Assembly: GCF_004010195.1 (NCBI RefSeq)
Contig: NC_057735.1
Coordinates: 27,832,930-27,896,929, forward strand
DNA from: Chiloscyllium plagiosum
Taxonomy: Eukaryota
Direction: 5' to 3'
DNA length: 64,000 bases
The notes under the pieces are model-generated. The model saw only the letters and a list, made by a program, of their open reading frames with translations. It had not been told where the DNA came from and did not search any database. Position 1 is the stretch's first letter. The number at the start of each line of letters is the position of its first letter. Of this stretch, positions 13,445 through 26,103 are shown piece after piece. The translations under genes and the position numbers were made by a program.

Positions 13445-15190
13445 ACCATATTATGTAAGAGCAGTGGGCCATTTGACTTTTCAAGTCTGCTCCACCATTT
13501 AATTAGATCATGGCAGGTCTGATAATTCTTAACTCCACTTTCCTGCCTTTTCCCCATAAGCCTTGATTGTGCGACAAATGGTCTTCCTCAGCCTTGAATA
13601 TAATGACCAACAATCCCATTAATTTTCTTTCTTGCCTCTAAGGTTGTGAACGGCAGCAATTACTGGAATCATACATCAATTCTGCAATTGGTATGCAGAT
13701 GCTGATCATTTTGCCCCGAATGTTGGAGACACTGCACATGCAGCTTAGAGGGGAAATTGATACACACCAACCTCCACAACCCTGTGTGGTAAAGAATTCT
13801 ACAGATTCACCATCCTCATAGGAGAAACTCCTCCTCATATCTGTCTTATCTTGGAGACATCTTACTCCAAGGTTTTGTCCTTTGTTCCTCAACTCTCAAG
13901 GAGAAACAACCTCCCTGCACCTTCCAATCAAGCCTTGCAACAATTCTGTATGCTTCAATAAGGTCATCTCTCATTCTTCTAAACTCCAAGGCCCAATCTA
14001 TTAAATCTCTCCTTATAGGAAATCCCTTCATACCAGGGGTCAACAGAGTGAAGTTTTCTCTGGACTACCTTCTGAAGGTATATTTCCTTAGATAAAAGGG
14101 CCAAAACTCCCAGTATTCTAACTGTAGTCTAACTACTGCTTTATGTAGTTTTACTAAGACTTATAATCCATTGCCAACATTAAAAACATTCTATTTGGAT
14201 TATACTAACTTCCAAACTCAGAAGCTAGCTTTGCAATTTAGGCTCAAGGACTCCCAAAACCTTCTATACTACAGCTTTCTATAATTTTTGTGTTTAAATA
14301 ATAGTTAACTCCACTATTCTTCATAACCTCACATTTTCCCACATTATATTGCATCTGCCAACTCACATCCTCTTTTCCAGAATCTAAGAATTCCTGAACG
14401 ATTACGACCAGTCCACTATTGCCATAGCTGCTTATTTTAATGTTCTTGGAAGCATCCCATCAGGTCTAGGGGACTTAGTGACTTTTAGCCCCAGTACTTT
14501 TAGCCCCAGCATTTCTCTCCAGTAACAGCATTGAATTTATTTCCTCTCCTGTTGCCCTTGATTATTTAATATTGTTAGAATGTTTAGTGTTTTCTACCAG
14601 ACAGACCAATGCAAAGTATTTAGATTAGATTAGATTATTTACAGTGTGGAAACAGGTCCTTCGGCCCAACAAGTCCACACCGACCCACCGAAGCGCAACC
14701 AACCCCAACCCATTCCCTTACATTTCACCCCTTTACCTAACCCTACGGGCAACTTAGCAAGGCCAATTCATCTAAACTGCACGTCTTTGGACTGTGGGAG
14801 GAAACCGGAGCATCCGGAGGAAACCCACACAGACACGGGGAGAATGTGCAAACTTCACACAGTCAATCGCCTGAGGGGGGAATTGAACCCGGTCTCTGGC
14901 GCTGTGATGCAACAGTGCTAACCACTGTGCTGTCCATTATTTGTTCAATTTCCCTGGTTCCCTATTATTTTCCCAACCTGTTCTCTAAGGGTTCAAAGTT
15001 CACTCTGGCACCTCTCTCTCTTTTCGTCTATTTAAAGCTTCTACTGTCTGTTTTATAATACTCGCTCATTCACCTTCAAAGATTTTAATCTTCTCCCTTA
15101 CTTTGTCATTTTGTCAGTTTTAAAAACCTCCCCGTTCTCCGGTTTACCAATAATCGCTACTACATATAAAGCACGTTTCTTTCAATTTGA
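13445..15190 (-). mobile_element. Old CR1 LINE fragments interrupted by an HE1 SINE
   Basis: LEFRRMRDDLIEAYRIV peptide; homology continues on both sides of the SINE. Confidence 0.7.
14622..14930 (-). mobile_element. HE1 SINE
   Basis: Reverse complement of the HE1 consensus with a (TAATC)n tail. Confidence 0.9.
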
Positions 15191-15554
15191 CGCTTGTGGT
15201 TCCCTGGCTCAGGTTTGTGTCAAAAATCCTTGGACCAACCAAACCCTTAAAGATAAACACAGTCGGTCAGAGTTGCCAGGCCTTTGAAAGAAAGCCTCCC
15301 TCCCTGCACCCACCCAGTGATCCTCCCTGCTGGATATCGAGCACCTACTTTGTATTTTTATATCAAACTCTCGCCTGGGGGGTTGCTCCAGGAACAGACC
15401 GAGTCAGGAGCAAGGCCCAGAACTGGGGTTTTGGAGAAGTGAAAGAGTGGGAACTGGCGGGTGGCTGAGGGGGTCTCTGACCAGTGTGTGACTCCCCTGG
15501 AGGAGGCCGAGCGCCCCCTCGCCGCCGCCATCAGCCTGAGGGCCGCTCCCTCAC

Positions 15555-15743
15555 CTTGGCCGCTGTCAGGAGCCGCGGGTGTCTGACCGCTTCCCGCTGC
15601 GGCTCGTTGGTCTCCAGGATCTGGGCGATGAACCGCTCGATGTCGCGCTCGGACATGCCATACCGCTCGCCGGACTGCCGCAGCACCTCGACGCTGTCGG
15701 CCAGCTTCTCGTAGATACACGGCTCACTGAGGGCAGCCCCCAT
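15555..15743 (-). CDS. C6orf89: C6orf89 (bombesin receptor-activated protein) homolog, coding exon 1
   Basis: ATG at 15743; 189 nt encoding MGAALSEPCIYEKLADSVEVLRQSGERYGMSERDIERFIAQILETNEPQR...TAAK, which resembles the recalled human N-terminus (IYDKLSETVDLVRQTGHQCGMSEKAIEKFIRQLLEKNEPQR); AAG|GTGAG donor; lies in a CpG-rich island. Confidence 0.93.
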
Positions 15744-15880
15744 CGTCCGCCATCACCGCCCAGAGGCCATCGAGCAACGCACACATTCGGCAGGGGCCCT
15801 CACCGCGCACGCGTACTGCTCCTCCAAGGTGAAGGGACCATTGTGCGCACGCGCGCACTGGCCCTTCTCTTCGGGAGGAG
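15744..15880 (-). promoter_or_regulatory. C6orf89 CpG-island promoter/5'UTR with NRF1-like GCGCAYGCGC motifs
   Basis: CpG-rich; TGCGCACGCGCGCA at about 15844-15857 and CGCGCACGCG at about 15804, directly upstream of the ATG. Confidence 0.55.
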
Positions 15881-15994
15881 GTGTTTCCTGATCCTGCAAC
15901 ACTAGGGGGAGCAGTAGCTGCAGATTCATCAGCTGGGAGGTTCAGTGCCCCATCTACTGCCTGCAATGGGACTTGGTCAGTTCAGCAGGCTGGG

Positions 15995-16515
15995 AAGTTG
16001 GTCTGCACTTATTTAAGAAAAGATCATATTTCATTGGAGGCAATTCAGAGAAGATTCACTAGGATGGTCCCTGGTTTGGAGGGCATGTCTTATGAGCAAA
16101 GATTAAACAGGTCGGGACTCATTGGAGGATAGAAGAGGGATGAGCTTAGTGACATATGCAGAATTATTAAGGAGACGGACAGGGTAAATGCTGACATTAT
16201 TTCCGCTCATGGGAGAGCCTAGGACCAGTGAACATAGTCTCAGAATAAAGTGGAGCCAATTCAAGGCTGAGGTGAGGAGGGATTTCTTCACTCAGACAGT
16301 TGCATGTCTTTGGAACTCATTGCCACAGGGGGCTGTAGGTGCACAGATCCAGCGTATATTTTAGGCTGAGATGGATAGATTCTTGACCAGTAGGAGAATC
16401 AAGGGTTGCAGGGAAAGGGCAGGAAAATGGACATAAGAAATATCAGATCAGCTATTTCCTGTTGAATGACAGAACATGTTTGAGGAGCCAAATGACCTAC
16501 TCCTGTTCCTTTTTC
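15995..16515 (+). mobile_element. CR1 LINE 3' fragment
   Basis: YLRKDHISLEAIQRRFTRMVPGLEGMSYEQRLNR. Confidence 0.85.
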
Positions 16516-16884
16516 TGATGATCAGTGGAGAATGACGAGTTGTTTCCTGTTCTGACTTTCAACCCTGAAGACTTCCACCTTCTCAAACCCAACCTCTGGT
16601 TGTGGCGAGGGTCCCCTAAAAGTAGCTCACATAGCTTTTTGGAATGAAAGAGCAGCCTATGGCCCTGAAAGCACAGCGACTTTAAAATGGACTGCATGTC
16701 TAACCAGACAGCAAAACCCCTGATTGTGCAAGAAGGATCAAATACCATTGAGATGTATAGCAGCAGAGCTACCAGCAATAAGGATGCCCTGAGGCTTGGT
16801 ACATTAGCAAGACCAAGCAGATGCTACAATAACGGAAGAATGGACACCGCACAACAATCAACAGACAGGGGTGTTCCCACCAGG

Positions 16885-17645
16885 TCAGGGTCCAGCCACA
16901 GGATGGTGGGGTTGGTGGGCGTGGACCTGACGAGGGAGTCAGGGAGGGAATGGTCTCTCTGGAATGCTGATTGGGGTGGGGGGGGGGGAAATGCCCACAC
17001 CCCACTCCTGTCACCCTTCCCTGCCACCGCAGAAAGTGCACCCCACCAGCCCACACCCCACTCCTGACATCTTTCCATTGGTACATCTTCTAATGTCACC
17101 TACTGCATCTGTTGCACCAGGTGTGGTCTCCTCTACATCGGGGAGACAGGACACTTTCTGGCAGATTCTTTCAGAGAACATCTCTGGGACACCGGTACCC
17201 ATCGACCCCAATGCCCCATGGCTGAACACTTCAACTCCCCCTCTCACTCCGTCAAGGACATGCAGGTCCTGGGCCTCCTCCACTGCCTACCCCCAGGGTC
17301 TGGGGTAGAACACCTCATATTCTGCCTTGGGACCCTGTAACTACACAGGATAAACATGGATTTCAACAGCTTACTCATATCCTCTCCCCTAACATCATCC
17401 CAGCCCCGAACCTTCAACTCGGCACCACCCTTCGGACCTGTCCATCACTCCCCCTCTGACCTATCACCTTTTCTGTCACCTTCATCCACCTATCACTTTC
17501 TCAGCTACCCACCCCACCTCCCTCCCATTTATCTCTCAGCTCCGGCCCACAAGCCTCATTCCTGATGAAGGGCTTATGCTTGGAATGTCGATTTTCCTGC
17601 TCCTCAGATGCTGCCCGATCTGCTAAGCCTTTCCAGCAACACACT
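16885..17645 (+). mobile_element. Penelope-like retroelement 3' part (GIY-YIG remnant) with an inverted 5' segment
   Basis: Plus strand NVTYCICCTRCGLLYIGETG (about 17092-17150); minus strand FPPPP.SAFQRDHSLPDSLVRS linker; ends in a family A terminal repeat with a degenerate hammerhead at 17562. Confidence 0.8.
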
Positions 17646-18720
17646 CTGGACACACATACACACACTCTTACATACTCACATACTCACGCAGACCCTCTCT
17701 CACACACACGCTCTCTCTCATACACACATAGACCCCCCACACTTACACCCAGACACAGGCTTATACTCAATCACACCCACACATACTTTACCAAGCTTTC
17801 ACACATATAAACACACACTCTCTCACATACACTCACACTCGCATGCACACACTCAAATGCACATACTCTCTCTCTCTCATGCACGCACACACATATATAA
17901 GTCTATGGGGTGAATTTGTATTTGCAGAATTATATTTGCAGATTTTGCTCAAAAATGCACAATCTGCAGGCAGTCAATTCAGGCAGTCAATACATGTAAT
18001 ACTTTGTAAATTCCACTTTGGAAATAAAACCAGTCTGACTCAAGATTAGGATACAGACAAATTCTGACCTCACACTTTAATGCATTGTCTGAACTGAGAT
18101 ATCACATTTTTTTATAAAACCTTAAGTTATCTCGAGAGGTGACTTAAAAGAAGCTCTGGGATTCACATATTAATAAACTACAATCTGCAACCCATTCTGA
18201 AAGATGAAAGACTTAACATCAACCCAGGTTTACTGAAAGCTCGTGCCTCCAAATAAACCTGTTGGACTATAGCCTGGTGTTGTGTGATTTTTAACTCAAT
18301 TCAGGTTTGTTCAATATATCATTTCAGTTGCATGATACTGTAATCATTTGCTATAAATTCTGTGTCTTATGATCTTATACGCCACAATCATCTGATGAAG
18401 GAGCAGCACTCCAAAATCTAGTGCTTCCAAATAAACCTGTCAGATTCTAACCTGGTTGAGAGTGTAGTGCTGGAAAAGCACAGCAGGTCAGGCAGTGTCC
18501 GAGGAGCAGGAGAATCGATGTTTTGGGCATAAGCCCTTCATCAGGAATGATTCTTGAAGAGAGGCTTATGCCTGAAATGTCGTTTCTCCTGCTCCTTGGA
18601 TGCTGCCTGACCTGGTGTGCTTTTCCAGCATTACACTCTCGACTCTGATCTCCAGCATCTGCAGTCCTCACCTTCTCCTCCAGATTATAACCTGACGTTG
18701 CGTGATTTTTAAATTTGACC
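17646..18720 (+). mobile_element. Penelope family B 3' region (CA-rich tract, terminal repeats) with a nested family A palindrome at 18455-18680
   Basis: Degenerate CTGATGAAGGAGC at 18392; nested insert flanked by CAGATTCTAACCTG / CAGATTATAACCTG. Confidence 0.7.
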
Positions 18721-21284
18721 AGCAATAAGGTTCACCCAGTCATATATGGAAAGGCTGGCATTTGATGCCCATCCCTAGATGTATTGTACTGATTGGCTTT
18801 CTATGCCATTATCCAGAGAAACCCATTTTGAGGGTTGAAGGTTGTCATGGCCCTTCAGCAAGAATTTTAAGAGCAGGAGTACAGCTGTACAGCTGCCTCA
18901 CAACACATGACCCCATTTGAGGTCCTGACCTATTTTGGGAAGCACTATTATATTTACTTTCCAATGATTGTGCGACCAACAATCTTTCAAAATAGAACAA
19001 ACCACATCTGCCAAATAGCCATGTGCAAACTACCTTGCCAAGGATTTTTTTTTAATTGAATACCAGTTATTACCACTTATTTCTCTCTCCACAGATGTTG
19101 CCACACCTGCTGAGTTACTCCAGTATTCTTGTGTTTATTTTCCAGCAGTATTTTGGCTTTGTTTAACAGTTCTTTGACTGAAAATTTTCACCTTCTTTGG
19201 TTTGAGCAAGAAACCTCAGGATAGGATGGTTTTGTCAGTTCTTTGTGGCCTTTAGACCATTTAAAGCAATGTTTTATCTCATTGATGCAATTGTCACATG
19301 TTAACTGCAAGACTGCCAGTTGTCCATGTCCAGAACTGGCCAAACACACCTGCACAATTGTTTGAGATACGTTTCTAATCTGTGTTAGGAATGACATTAG
19401 CAATGGGGCCTGGATGATAGAAGAAACAAGATAAAGTCTTCAACTAATAAAGTGGTGGAATTTGCGAGAGTGGATTATCATCAGAATTTTTATAAAGTTG
19501 AGTATAGAGCATAATTGCTCAACGAGCCTTCCAAAACTGCTGCCAATTTCCCCTACTTGCAGCAAATGTTGAGTATGTGCAAGGGCAACAAAAATACATG
19601 AGTTTGATGCTCAGGGTGGCCATTACTAAGCAAAGAAAAGAAAACTAGCCTTATTTCCAACGTGCAAAAAATGGTGGTCCATTTGTTACTCATGTGAAAT
19701 ACAGTACACTGACCATGCAAAGGTCAGATGAGTGCTCCCACTTACATCTGAAAGGACCCAAGCTACTGTGCACATATTAGTTGTACGTATTGTCAGGGCA
19801 CCTTGCTAAATGCACATATTGGAAACGACTGCAATTTTCCTGCTTGCCAAGCCCTTAGTATTCTGATAACATTGGCTGTATCATCTCAGGATAGGAATGC
19901 AGAGCTATCAGTAGAAAGGAATGGACTGTGCCACCATGAGGCAACTGACATGCTTCAGGAGGAAAACGTGTTACCCATTGATATAGTCTAGGCTGCAGTG
20001 TTCCACAATCATAAATCATTATGCGATATAGATAATTGTAGCCAACATCAAAACCCATACAGAAAAGACAATAATCTCAGAAATACTCAATAATGAGCTG
20101 TACAATTACGGAGCATGATTCAGTTATATGTTGGTCATTTGTGCAAAGGACACATGAACAATGATTTGAGTGGTGATTGAATGGTTACCCCTATCTGTAG
20201 GTGCAGCTGACTGCCATTATAACCAGAGATAATGGATAGAGGGAAATCCTCCTTACTTGCCACAACTGCCATTCCAAATTCTGCCCTGCTCCCCTTATGA
20301 GTGCAGTGCTTCCAGTTAAACCTCTATCAAACACCCCACCCCAATCTTATCTTCTCCTCTTCCCTGCCTTTTAGCTCTTTTGTTCTAAATGCATGAGGAG
20401 AGAGATATTAAGGTTTCCAGTGACACCACATGGAGGGCCTTATCACCTGAATACCACCTTGATGTGTAATGCTGCTCCTCTGCCCTTCCAAAGGTCCTGC
20501 TCTCTGGAAACATGATGAGGCAACAGTTAAGAAGGAGATTCAAGTGAAACAAACAAACTCAAGCAGCCAAAGCAGATGGAGAAGCTGGTGAGAGGGCATA
20601 GTATACAAAGCATTACAATTAAGGGACCCCATCTATCCTTATTCACCTTTCATCCACCTTTCTGTTAGTCTGCCACTCAAGCCCACTGCTGTAGTGCAGA
20701 GGAGGTTATTCATCCTTTTCCTACATTGGACCCAATCCTTTGGCTCCTCACAAATGTCTTTTCACTTTTACGACTACTTCAGTCCAGAATTCCTGGGTAA
20801 TTAGTGAGGGCCTTCTGAGGCCACCAGCAGGAAACGGGATACTTTGCTTTGGTGGATGACCTAGCTGTGTACATGCTGTGATCTCATGTTAAATCAAAGG
20901 GTGATCTGCTGAACTGTTCATGTGCCTGGTTGTGCCTACAGGATGAAACTGTGGGGTCAGTGAACTCTTATCAATTATATCTAGTGTTGACGAATGAGGG
21001 GTCCTAATTGAATTAATCCAGTAGATCCGTTAACTATACAGACTATGGATTGAATAGAGAACCTTCTTGGTTTATATATTATAGCAATGAATTGAGAAAT
21101 GTTTCTCCTTAGTGAACTTTAAGAAAATGCTGTTCTTGAACATTTGATCAAAATTAAATAGCTCAGTTCTTACTTTTGTGAAATTGATGTTGAAAGATAT
21201 TTTTACTGATGTATATATGTTTTTGCTGTAAAAAACTGTGGTGGAATTATCCCTTCCTGGTACAGCATGATCAATTGTGAGAAA

Positions 21285-21620
21285 GGGGCGGGGCGGTGGC
21301 TCAGTGGTTAGCACTGCTGCCTCACAGCACCAGGGAACCAGCTTCAATTCCAGCCTCGGGTGACTGTCTGTGTGGAGTTTGCACATTCTCCCCTTGTCTG
21401 CGTGGGTTTCCCCCAACAATCCAAAGATGTGCAGGTTAGGTGGATTGGACATGCTAGATTACCCATAGTGTTCAGGGATGTGTAGGCTGGGTGCATTGGT
21501 TAGGGGAAATGTAGAGTAATAGATACAGGGGAATGGGTCTGGGTGGGATACTCTTCAGAGGGTCAGTGTGGACTTGTTGGGCCAAATGGCCTTTTTCCAC
21601 ACTGTAGGGATTCTAATTCT
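21285..21620 (+). mobile_element. HE1 SINE
   Basis: tRNA head and HER1-like tail. Confidence 0.88.
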
Positions 21621-21794
21621 AAAAAGGTCAGAAAATAGAGTGAAAATGAAAACAATCAGAAACTCAACTTTAAGAAATATTTTCCTGACTTGCCCCTCAA
21701 TCCATAAATGGTGACTTCAGAATCTCATTCATGATTAATGACTACTTTAATTCTATGCACTTGTATTTCATTAAAGTCCCAATTTAAAAAAGAT

Positions 21795-23090
21795 TCTTTC
21801 ATGGGATGGAGGTATCGCTGGCTGGCCAGCATTTATTGTCCAACTATAGTTGCCCTTGAGGAACTGCCTTCTTGAACCACTGCATTCTACCTGCTGTGAG
21901 TAAACCCACAATACCCATTAAAAAGGGAATTCCAAGATATTGATGAGCGACAATGAAGAAATGGTGGATTTGCAACTGTGAAGCCTGTTAAAAGTACAGG
22001 TTAAAAATTGGAACAATGTGAGTTTGCCTGTGGATGTTGAATTTTGTTGTTTGGTAAGGATAGGTGAATTTGTGATTCATAAACTTGTGAATACAGAGGA
22101 TTTGCTGTGTTTCCAAGTTAGGACAGTGTGGCTTGGAAGGGAACTTGCAAGTGGTGGTGTTCCCAAGTATCTGCTGCCCTTGTCCTTCTAAATGTGGAGG
22201 TATTGGCATTGAACTCGGGTGGACAAAGTCAAAAGTCTCACAACACCAGGTTACAGTCCAACAGGTTTATTTGAAATTACAAGCTTTCAGAGCGCTGCTC
22301 TTTTGTCAGGGGTAGTGTCTTTCTAGCTGGAAGAGATTGAGGATTTGAAAGGTGCTGTCTGAGGATCTTTGCTGAATTTCTGCAGTGCATCATATAGTTA
22401 GCACATTCTGCTGCTACTGAGCATATGTGGTGAAAGGAGTGGATGTGTGTGGATATATTGCCAATCAAGCAGGCTGCTTAAGTCAAGTTTCCTGAATGTT
22501 GCTGGATCTGCACTCATCCAAGCTAATAGGAAGTTTTCTATCACCCTCCTGACTTGTACCTTGTAGATGATGAACATGCTTTGGGCAGTCAGGAGGTGAG
22601 TTACTAACTGCAGTACTCCCAGCCTCTGACCTGCCCTTTTTGCCACTGTGTTTGTGCAATGAGTCCAGTTGAGTTTCTAGTTAATGGTAACCCCAAGGAT
22701 GTTGGGGAATTCAGAGTTAGTAACACCATTGAATGTCAATGACCAGTGGTTAGATTGTCTCTTATTCCAAATGGGCATAACCTGGCTTTGCTGTGTTATG
22801 AATGCCACAATGCTATTCAGGTGAGAATTCTAGGATCTTGACCCAACAACAATGAAGGAATGGCAATATATTTCCAAATCAGAATGGTGAGTGGCAGACA
22901 AGGGAATTTGCAGGTGATGGTGTTCCCATGTATCTGCTGCCCATATTTTTCTAGATGGAAGTGCTCGTGGGTTTGGAAGATGCTTTCTACAGATCTTTGG
23001 TGAATTTTGGCAATGTGTTGTACACATTGCTGCTACTGAGGGTCGGTGGTGGGAGGATTCAATATTTGTGGATGTGGTGCCCCTATCAAA
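21795..23090 (-). mobile_element. Old L2/CR1-group LINE fragments
   Basis: AGQRLGVLQLVTHLL...IYKVQVRRVIE..LAWMSA RT C-terminal peptide; duplicated 3' segments. Confidence 0.6.
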
Positions 23091-23629
23091 CTCAACTTAC
23101 CATATGCCACTTCCAATATGCCTTGCTTTCATTCATAAGCTATGCAACAAAAATTCTCGCCTTGCAAGTCAGAGCGGGTGTATGGTGCTGGCAGTTTGTT
23201 TAAGCTTCTGCTGAACAGCTTCAGAACAATGTCCCTTCATGATCAATGGCAACCATCCTTCTCAACCATTCAAACAAGTAAATCAGCATTGGCAAATCAT
23301 TAGCCTCAGGACGTCATCATGCTTGCTCTTGGACAAACTCAGACATCTCTTCAATACTTTACTTTGGACCTCTGGAATGCCTATGTTTTGCATATTTCTG
23401 CCAGATCTTTTGGCATGCCCAACCTGTTCAACCTTTCTTCGTAAGGTGTATACACCCACGCCAGGAATAAATTGATTTAAACTTCTTTGAGTACTTTTAA
23501 CACTGTCATAGCTTTTCAAATACGGAGACCAATATTGTGCACAGTATTCCAGATGTCTTCTCAACATATTTCTGTACGGCTGCCAGAGAATTTCCTAACT
23601 CTTACCTGATCGGGGTAGAAGTGCGTGTA

Positions 23630-25405
23630 GTGGCTATCACTAAGGGGAAGATAGATAAATTACCTGGACCAGATGGACTACACCACAGGGTTCAGGAGAA
23701 AACAGTTGAGAAGATTGTAGAGACATTGGTGGTGATCTTTCAAGAATCACTGGAGTCAGGGAGGGTCCCAGAGGACTGGAATTGGCTGATGTAACACTCC
23801 TGTTTAAGAAGGGAAGGAGGCAGAAGACAGAAAATTATAGGCCACTTAGCCTAACCTCAGTCATTGGCAAGATTTTCGAGGCCATTATTTGGGACGAGAA
23901 TGAGGAGCATTTAGAAAGATACAGTAAAACAGAGCTGAGTCAATGGGAAAGTGAGGACTGCAAATACTGAAGATCAAAGTTGAGAGTGTGGTGCTAGAAA
24001 AGCATAGCAGGTCAGGCAGCATCCAAGGTGCAGGAGCATCGACATTTCAGGCATAAGCCCTTCATCAGGAATCAAGGGAAAGTCATGTCCGACAAATCTG
24101 TTAGAATTCTTGAGGAGGTAACGAGCAAGTTAGATAAAACAGAGCCAGTGGATGTGATCTATTTGGATTTCCAGAAGGTCTTTGACAAGGTGCTACACAG
24201 GACGCTGCTGAGATAACAGCCTATGGTATAGGGGCAAAGTACTGACATGGTTAGAGGATTGGCTGTTAGGCAGAAGGCAGAGAGTTGGAATAAAGAGATA
24301 TTTTTAGGATGTTAGCCAATACTAGTGGAGTTCTGCAACAGTCAGTGTTAGGACCACAATTATTCATGTTATACATTAACAAACTAGCTAAAGGAGTTTG
24401 CAGATAACACAAAAATAAGTGGAAGGACCAGTCATGCTGAGCAAGTGGGGAGATGCAAAAGGCACTGGACAGGCTAGGAGAGTGGGCGAAAAAATGACAG
24501 ATGGAATACAAGGTGGAGAAGTTAGAGGTTATGCACATTGATAGGAAGAACAGAGGCATAGACTATTTTCTAAATGGGGAAAGGCTTTTGACATCTGCAG
24601 CACATATGAGGCATTCTAGTTTAGGATCTTTTAAGGTTAACATGCAGATTCAGTTGGCACTTAGGAAGGTAAATGCAATGTTAACATTCAATCCAAGAGA
24701 GCTGGTTTGCAAGAGCAGGGGTGCACCATTGAGGCTGTATGCTCTAGTCAGACCACATTTGAAATATTGTGGCAGTTTTGGGTGCCATGTCTAAGGAAGG
24801 ATGTGCTCGCCATGTGGGGGATCCACATGAGATTCACAAGAATGATCCAGGGAATGGCAAATGGGACTAGATCAGTTTAGAATATCTGGTCAGTGTGAAC
24901 AAATTGGGCCGAAGAGTCTGTTTCTGTGCTGTATAACTCCATGACCCTATGAAAAGCTTGTCATAGGAGGAACAGTTGAGGGCTCTGAGTCTGTACTAGG
25001 TGGAGTTTAGAAAGGTTGGGGGGGGGTTCTCATTGAAACTTGCAGAATACTGAGAGGCCTGGGTAGTGTGGATGTGGAGAAGATGTTCAGGTAAGATTAG
25101 CACCCAAGGGCAAAGCCTCAGAGTGAAGGGATGACTCTTTAGAACTGAGATGAGGGGAATTTCTTCACTCAGATGGTGATGAATCTGTGGAACTCATTGC
25201 GACAGAAAGCTGAGGAGGTCAAGTCATTGAATTTCTTTAAGGCAGAGATACATGGATTCTTGATTAGTAAGGGGATCAAGGATTATGGTGAGATGTTAGG
25301 AGGATGAGTTGACAAATATGTCAGCCATGATTGAATGGTGAAGCAGACTCGATGGGCTGAATGGCTTAATTCTATTCCTATGTCATATGGTCTTAATGGT
25401 CTTAT
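23630..25405 (+). mobile_element. CR1 LINE with a nested Penelope family A piece (about 23945-24072)
   Basis: PGPDGLHHRV, ENYRPLSLTSVIGK, VDVIYLDFQKVFDKV. Confidence 0.88.
24041..24068 (-). ncRNA. Minimal hammerhead ribozyme core (family A)
   Basis: Minus strand CTGATGA-AGGGC-TTAT-GCCT-GAAATGTC. Confidence 0.65.
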
Positions 25406-25826
25406 TAACATTCTGCTTGCAATAAATACCATCATTATTGTACCTGCAAACTAACCTTTTGTAACTCATATAGCAGGCCACCTGGATTTCTCTGTGCATC
25501 CATGTTCTGTACTGTTGCATTCACTATTGTAATATAGAAATCAATTATGCATAGTCAGATCCACAAACATCACTGAGATAATGAGCAAATCATTTTTATA
25601 AGTGACATTATCCAGGACATTGGTGACAGCTCTCCAGTATTTCTTCAAAATGTGCCATGGGACATTTTCAACAGGGCAAAGAGGAACTCATCATCATCTG
25701 AAAGGAAGAGCCTTAAATTTGTTTTAAACTATGAATAATATTCTTGAAACAATTTAAAATGATTTAAAATGCACACTGTGTCTAACTGCAGGATGAAGAG
25801 TAATGCTTGTTCCTTGCCAAAAGTAG

Positions 25827-26103
25827 GAGAAAGTGAGGACTGCAGATGCTGGAGATCAGAGCTGAAAATGTGTTGCTGGAAAAGCGCAGCAGGTCAGGCA
25901 GCATCCAAGGAGCAGGAGAATCGACGTTTCGGGCATAAGCCCTTCTTCAGGAATAGCTGAAAATTTGTTGCTGGAAAAGCACAGCAGGTCAGGAAGCATC
26001 CAAGGAGCAGGAGAATCGACGTTTCGGGCATGAGCCCTTCTATTCTCCTGCTCCTTGGATGCTGCCTGACCTGCTCCGCTTTTCCAGCAACACATTTTCA
26101 GCT
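25827..26103. mobile_element. Young Penelope family A insertion: two tandem arms plus one inverted arm
   Basis: Perfect 14-nt TSD CTTGCCAAAAGTAG at 25813-25826 and 26104-26117. Confidence 0.8.
25923..25950 (-). ncRNA. Minimal hammerhead ribozyme core (Penelope family A)
   Basis: Minus strand CTGAAGA-AGGGC-TTAT-GCCC-GAAACGTC: palindromic ACGT, GUC cleavage triplet; stem I weak. Confidence 0.75.

Noticed and set aside
15187-16132. Overlapping alternative ORFs around C6orf89 exon 1
   Set aside because: Expected by-products of a GC-rich CpG island; no recognisable products
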